Part shown: positions 61,443 to 64,000 of the stretch, piece by piece | How the letters are laid out: each line of letters opens with the position of its first letter | How positions within the stretch are numbered: position 1 is the stretch's first letter | Source of the DNA: Macrostomum lignano | Lineage: Eukaryota | NCBI GenBank assembly: GCA_002269645.1 | Contig: NIVC01003389.1 | Coordinates: 1 to 64,000, forward strand | DNA: 64,000 nt | Reading direction: 5' to 3' | Notes under the pieces: model-generated | Databases searched by the model: none | Seen by the model: the letters and a program-made list of their open reading frames with translations, nothing else | Told to the model about the DNA's origin: nothing | Made by a program: the position numbers and the translations under genes

Positions 61443-62099
61443 AGCAGAGTATGAGATGTTGATGCAGAATTTGAAGCCAAATGAGACTAGCACTGACGCT
61501 GACTTGAAGCAGGCTCAGAAGAAATGCGATGACATCTTGTATGCCGAGGATTATCCAGAAGATGTGAAAACCGCCATGTATCAAAGTGCAATGCAAAGTT
61601 TGCTGGCCAAGCGCAAGCACGCTGGAAAAGAAGGATCACGAAATACTGAAGCCAAGTTGATGAAAACAGAGACACCACAGATGAGCACCTGGGAAGAGAA
61701 GATCAGCAAGTCGGTGCCACAGAAATTCAAAACCAGGGCTCGCAGTCTATGGACGATCCTGTCCACCAATCCAGAGCTGATTAGATTTTGTGAAAACGGA
61801 GAGGTGGAAATCGCAGGCACGTCAATCCCTTCCTCAAACATACTGGACTTGATTCAGCACGCAGTGAGGGATTCGCATGTGAGCGTGAACCAGTTGGGTG
61901 GAACGAGTTCATCGATTTGCTGCAGCAGAAAAAGCTTAATGTTCCGCTTTCCGCTATTGGTAAATCAGTTAAGAAGAAAATGGCAACCAGCAGAGGGAGT
62001 GAACTGGAGAAAGAACAGGCGAGTCTAGTCAAGGGGTACGGGAGCAACACAGCCTGGCTGAAACTGCCTGGCAGAAAAGTATATAAGAAGGCTGACTGA
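61408..62099 (+). CDS. conserved Polinton hypothetical protein, one apparent 1-nt deletion (about 61888)
   Basis: MVLIPK N-terminus and NGEVEIAGTSIPSSNILDLIQHAVR. Repair continues KPVGWNEFIDLLQQKKLNVPLSAIG. Confidence 0.7.
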
Positions 62100-62127
62100 C
62101 TCCGAAATTTCGAGGGAAAGCTGCATC

Positions 62128-62600
62128 ATGAACTACATTGACTTCCAAGGATTCCCGTGCAACAGCACAAGCAAAAAATTTGTTGTGAAGGAGTTGGCAG
62201 TTGTTCAAGTCAGAGCGGGAAGCTACCGCATTGCTCACCATGTGTACGCACCTCCGTATCCATGGGAGAGAGTCTCACCTGACATGCGAGTTTGCTACAG
62301 ACAGCTATCAAAGAGTCTGCACCAGTTTAAGTGGAATGATGGAACCCGTCCGTACATGGAACTGGCGGAAGACATTCTGAGCATTGCCAGTGGTCCGATC
62401 TGGACAAATGGGGAAAGGAAGTCTATTTTCCTGACTGAGCTGCTTGGTAGACAAGTTTATAACCTAGAAGATTTGGGAGCACCCTCGACTGAAGATTCAG
62501 ATACTGGCTGTGCAGTGAGAAATTCGTTGCTGCACTACAGTTGGCTTAAGCCAAAGTTCTGCATCAACTTAAGAAGCGAGCAGTGTCCGTGGCACACAAG
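62128..62600 (+). CDS. DEDD(h) exonuclease-like protein (3' end uncertain)
   Basis: YIDFQGF..FVVKELAVV..HHVYAPPYPW..LHQFKWNDGTRPY..VYNLEDLGAPS..CAVRN. The Exo I motif has Q where DxE has E, so activity is uncertain. Confidence 0.7.
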
Positions 62601-62647
62601 CAGTAAAGTTGGCAGAAGCAGATTTGCTGAAGAAGTTGACGATCGAA

Positions 62648-63237
62648 ATGAGCCTACCAGCTACAGCCCTAAGAGTGACCAATCTGGTTGGCGGAGTAGA
62701 TCTGAGGCTGGATGGTGGCAGGGGCGCTCAGCTACCTCTACGGGAACTGGCTCTCAGCATGGCTCATGTGATCTACCGGGCCGTCTGGCCCCGGGTGCTC
62801 ATCAAGCGGATGCGAAGTCCCAGAGTGACTCTGCTACTCTACCCTACTGGGCAACTGAGCATCTGCGGTGCCAAGACCCACGCAGACGCCAAAAGGGCTG
62901 CCCGTCGCTTCGTGGCTATGCTGCATCGGAGAGTGCCGCTCAACTGCTGCCTCCTCAAGCCATTTGTGTTCGGATTAAAACTATAACTGCTCATGGTAAA
63001 TTTAACTTCTGCAATGCTTTGTCCCTCACAAATCTTGCTGCCTCTGGCATACTGTCTTACGCTGAGTATGAGCCCGAGTCGTTCTCTGCTCTAATTTCTA
63101 CATTACGTTATTGTAAATGCTTGTTATTTCATACTGGTTCTTTTGTTCTTAGTGGAGCAAAATCTATGAGCATGTTGCGCTTCGACCTTTCTACGTTGCA
63201 TAGTTTAATCAGCCAGTTTATCACCTATCAAAAATAA
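62648..63237 (+). CDS. TATA-binding protein (TBP)-like protein, both repeats, one apparent frameshift (about 62950)
   Basis: Repeat 1: LRVTNLVGGVDL..LPLRELAL..IYRAVWPRVLIKRMRSPRVTLLLYPTGQLSICGAKTHADAKRAARRF. Repeat 2: VRIKTITAHGKF..EYEPESFSALIS..CLLFHTGSFVLSGAKS. These align to TBP [44 protein letters not shown] and QNMVGS..SYEPELFPGLIY..LLIFVSGKVVLTGAK. The stop lies inside AATAAA. Confidence 0.85.
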
Positions 63238-64000
63238 ACAAAAAGTGTGTTCCGTTTGTTCTTGAATGTTTGCGTAAATTCGTTACGGAAAACGGCATCT
63301 TTAAATTATTGATTTTTATTTTAAAAAATAAGTTTTAACTAAAAAATTAAAGGTGAAATGAGCATAGAATAATTGAAAACTGGGAGCTAAAACGTGTAAT
63401 CAGATCTCTCCCCTCACAAAAACAGAAAGAGGGCATAGAACCCATTCCAAAAAGGTTCTGCCAAAAGCGAAATTGCTTAGATTGATACACGTGAATGAAG
63501 AAATTAATTAATCAAACTCGACTGACACTCATACATGTAACTGGACCGCAAAATTACTAGTATAGGCAAGAAATTTCAACAAAAGCAATGCAAAGAAATG
63601 TTTTAGCATCATGTTAAAAAAGTAATAAATGAACATAAAACCCAGCAATAAAAATTTCAACACATTAAATTTACTGACTTTGCAATTTAATATTACGAGT
63701 AGAAATCGTGCAGTTACAAGGTACTGAAATAAAATTACTAATAAATTAATAGCTAGCATTAAGACTTCAGACAAAAAGTTCAAAAAGACACTAAAATTAT
63801 GGTGAAACAGGAGAGGCAAATTGCTGCAACTACTTCTATCTGAGATAGCAAAATTGAGACAGCATATAATTTAAACGGATAAAGGCGAGTATATGTTTGA
63901 AGAAATCAAAGACTAAATATTCAGAATAAAATGTGTAGAGGCCGTGTGATAAAAAGTTATACTCAGTCACTTATTAAATTCGTGGCGCCGCTTTCGGGAG

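Larger units (their letters stand above)
54817..64000 (+). mobile_element. Polinton/Maverick (adintovirus-like) endogenous virus, left part; right end and pPolB not seen
   Basis: AGTAGTAG terminus at 54817, then retroviral-type integrase, minor and major capsid, adenain-like protease and packaging ATPase in a compact co-oriented block. The extent beyond about 63240 is uncertain. Confidence 0.92.

Noticed and set aside
63529-63819. Minus-strand 96-aa hydrophobic ORF as a Polinton gene or pPolB C-terminus
   Set aside because: No PolB motifs; composition reflects AT-rich non-coding or decayed DNA.

Overview
Animal (metazoan) genomic DNA. GC-rich exons, minisatellite-packed introns and intergenic space resemble a flatworm such as Macrostomum; this is inference from style only. 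Host genes: an intronless RhoGAP (4448-6025, minus), a multi-exon CEP135/TSGA10-family coiled-coil gene (35980-50008, plus) and an intronless BAP18-like gene (51292-52140, plus). About 4.6 kb of the CEP135/TSGA10 gene is duplicated across a 548-N gap, almost certainly an assembly overlap. From 6 to 35 kb there are many unrelated minisatellites, a solo LTR, LINE remnants, a tRNA-derived SINE, hAT-type MITEs and an AT-rich block whose old repeats have decayed mainly by C>T/G>A changes, including outside CpG. From 54817 lies the left part of a young Polinton/Maverick (adintovirus-like) element with an AGTAGTAG terminus. Its plus-strand genes are a tandem PC4-like protein, integrase, minor capsid, basic core protein, major capsid, adenain-like protease, packaging ATPase, two conserved hypotheticals, a DEDD-exonuclease-like protein and a full two-repeat TATA-binding-protein (TBP) homolog. 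Every frameshift I traced is repaired by restoring bases in short homopolymers, so the element may be intact in vivo. The TBP plus PC4 pair, a possible element-encoded Pol II initiation kit, is the most interesting signal. No pPolB or right terminal repeat is visible in the window.
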